Position numbers and translations under genes: made by a program
NCBI GenBank assembly: GCA_964566255.1
Contig: CAZMID010000007.1
Span: forward strand, 1 to 56,951
Reading direction: 5' to 3'
Length of the DNA stretch: 56,951 bases
Source of the DNA: an uncultured Planctomycetia bacterium
GTDB lineage: Bacteria; Omnitrophota; Gorgyraeia; Gorgyraeales; Gorgyraeaceae
Shown: piece after piece, positions 56,860 to 56,951 of the stretch
Layout of the letters: every line of letters starts with the position of its first letter
How positions within the stretch are numbered: position 1 is the stretch's first letter
The notes under the pieces: generated by a model
What the model saw: the letters and a program-made list of their open reading frames with translations, nothing else
Database searches by the model: none
Told to the model about the DNA's origin: nothing

Positions 56860-56951
56860 TTTAATGCCAAAATCCTGCCTAAAACTAGTATTTTGAGCCT
56901 ATTAGTACATATATTTACCATAGGAAAAATTGAGGCGGGAGGTATTGAAAA

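Overview
Low-GC bacterial chromosome segment. No search tools were used: all product calls rest on motif and synteny recognition in the supplied translations and on my own reading of the DNA. About 90% of the window is densely packed housekeeping DNA with an anaerobe signature. It holds an Rnf complex (gene order rnfC-G-D-E-A-B), two four-subunit 2-oxoacid:ferredoxin oxidoreductases (korDABC-like and porGDAB-like), and a long purine operon (purB-purC-purS/L-purQ-purM-purD-purE, with purN elsewhere). It also holds several Firmicute-like syntenies (tsaC/ywlE-rpiB-glyA, rny-ymdB, xseA-xseB-ispA-dxs, tadA-tRNA-dnaX-recR) and a ccdA-tlpA-metV-like-iscU cluster. Promoters follow a strikingly regular TTGACA-N17-TATAAT pattern. 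There are five tRNA genes: Thr (partial), initiator Met, Gln, Ser and Asn. Every complete tRNA except Ser sits next to accessory-looking genes. The outstanding region is the right end (53.4-56.95 kb). (i) tRNA-Asn(GUU) is interrupted in its anticodon loop by a 196-nt group I intron, with explicit P1/P10 guide pairing and an Azoarcus/cyanobacterial-type (IC3-like) core. (ii) Starting in the last 7 nt of that tRNA lies a 2.95-kb cassette bounded by about 200-bp inverted repeats, whose outer 137 bp are perfect. Each arm contains the tRNA terminator hairpin and an identical 38-bp palindrome. (iii) The cassette encodes an operon of an Orc1/Cdc6-like P-loop ATPase with a winged helix, followed by a large serine recombinase. 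The recombinase reading frame runs out through the repeat, the tRNA 3' exon and into the intron. (iv) A promoter-like element and a roughly 140-nt four-helix structured region of unknown identity follow. I consider this recombinase/ATPase/inverted-repeat cassette (invertible segment or new type of mobile element) together with the intron-bearing tRNA-Asn the best candidate for something undescribed. Other second-look items are listed in the findings. They include a free-standing LAGLIDADG endonuclease gene between gltX and tRNA-Gln, an unannotated 53-aa Cys-rich ORF, and a signal-peptide protein with an APH/kinase-like catalytic motif. They also include several gene fusions (PurS-PurS-PurL, TsaC-LMW-PTP, PabB-PabC), a short PurE, and a tadA/tRNA-Ser/dnaX overlap. 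No CRISPR array or rRNA was seen.
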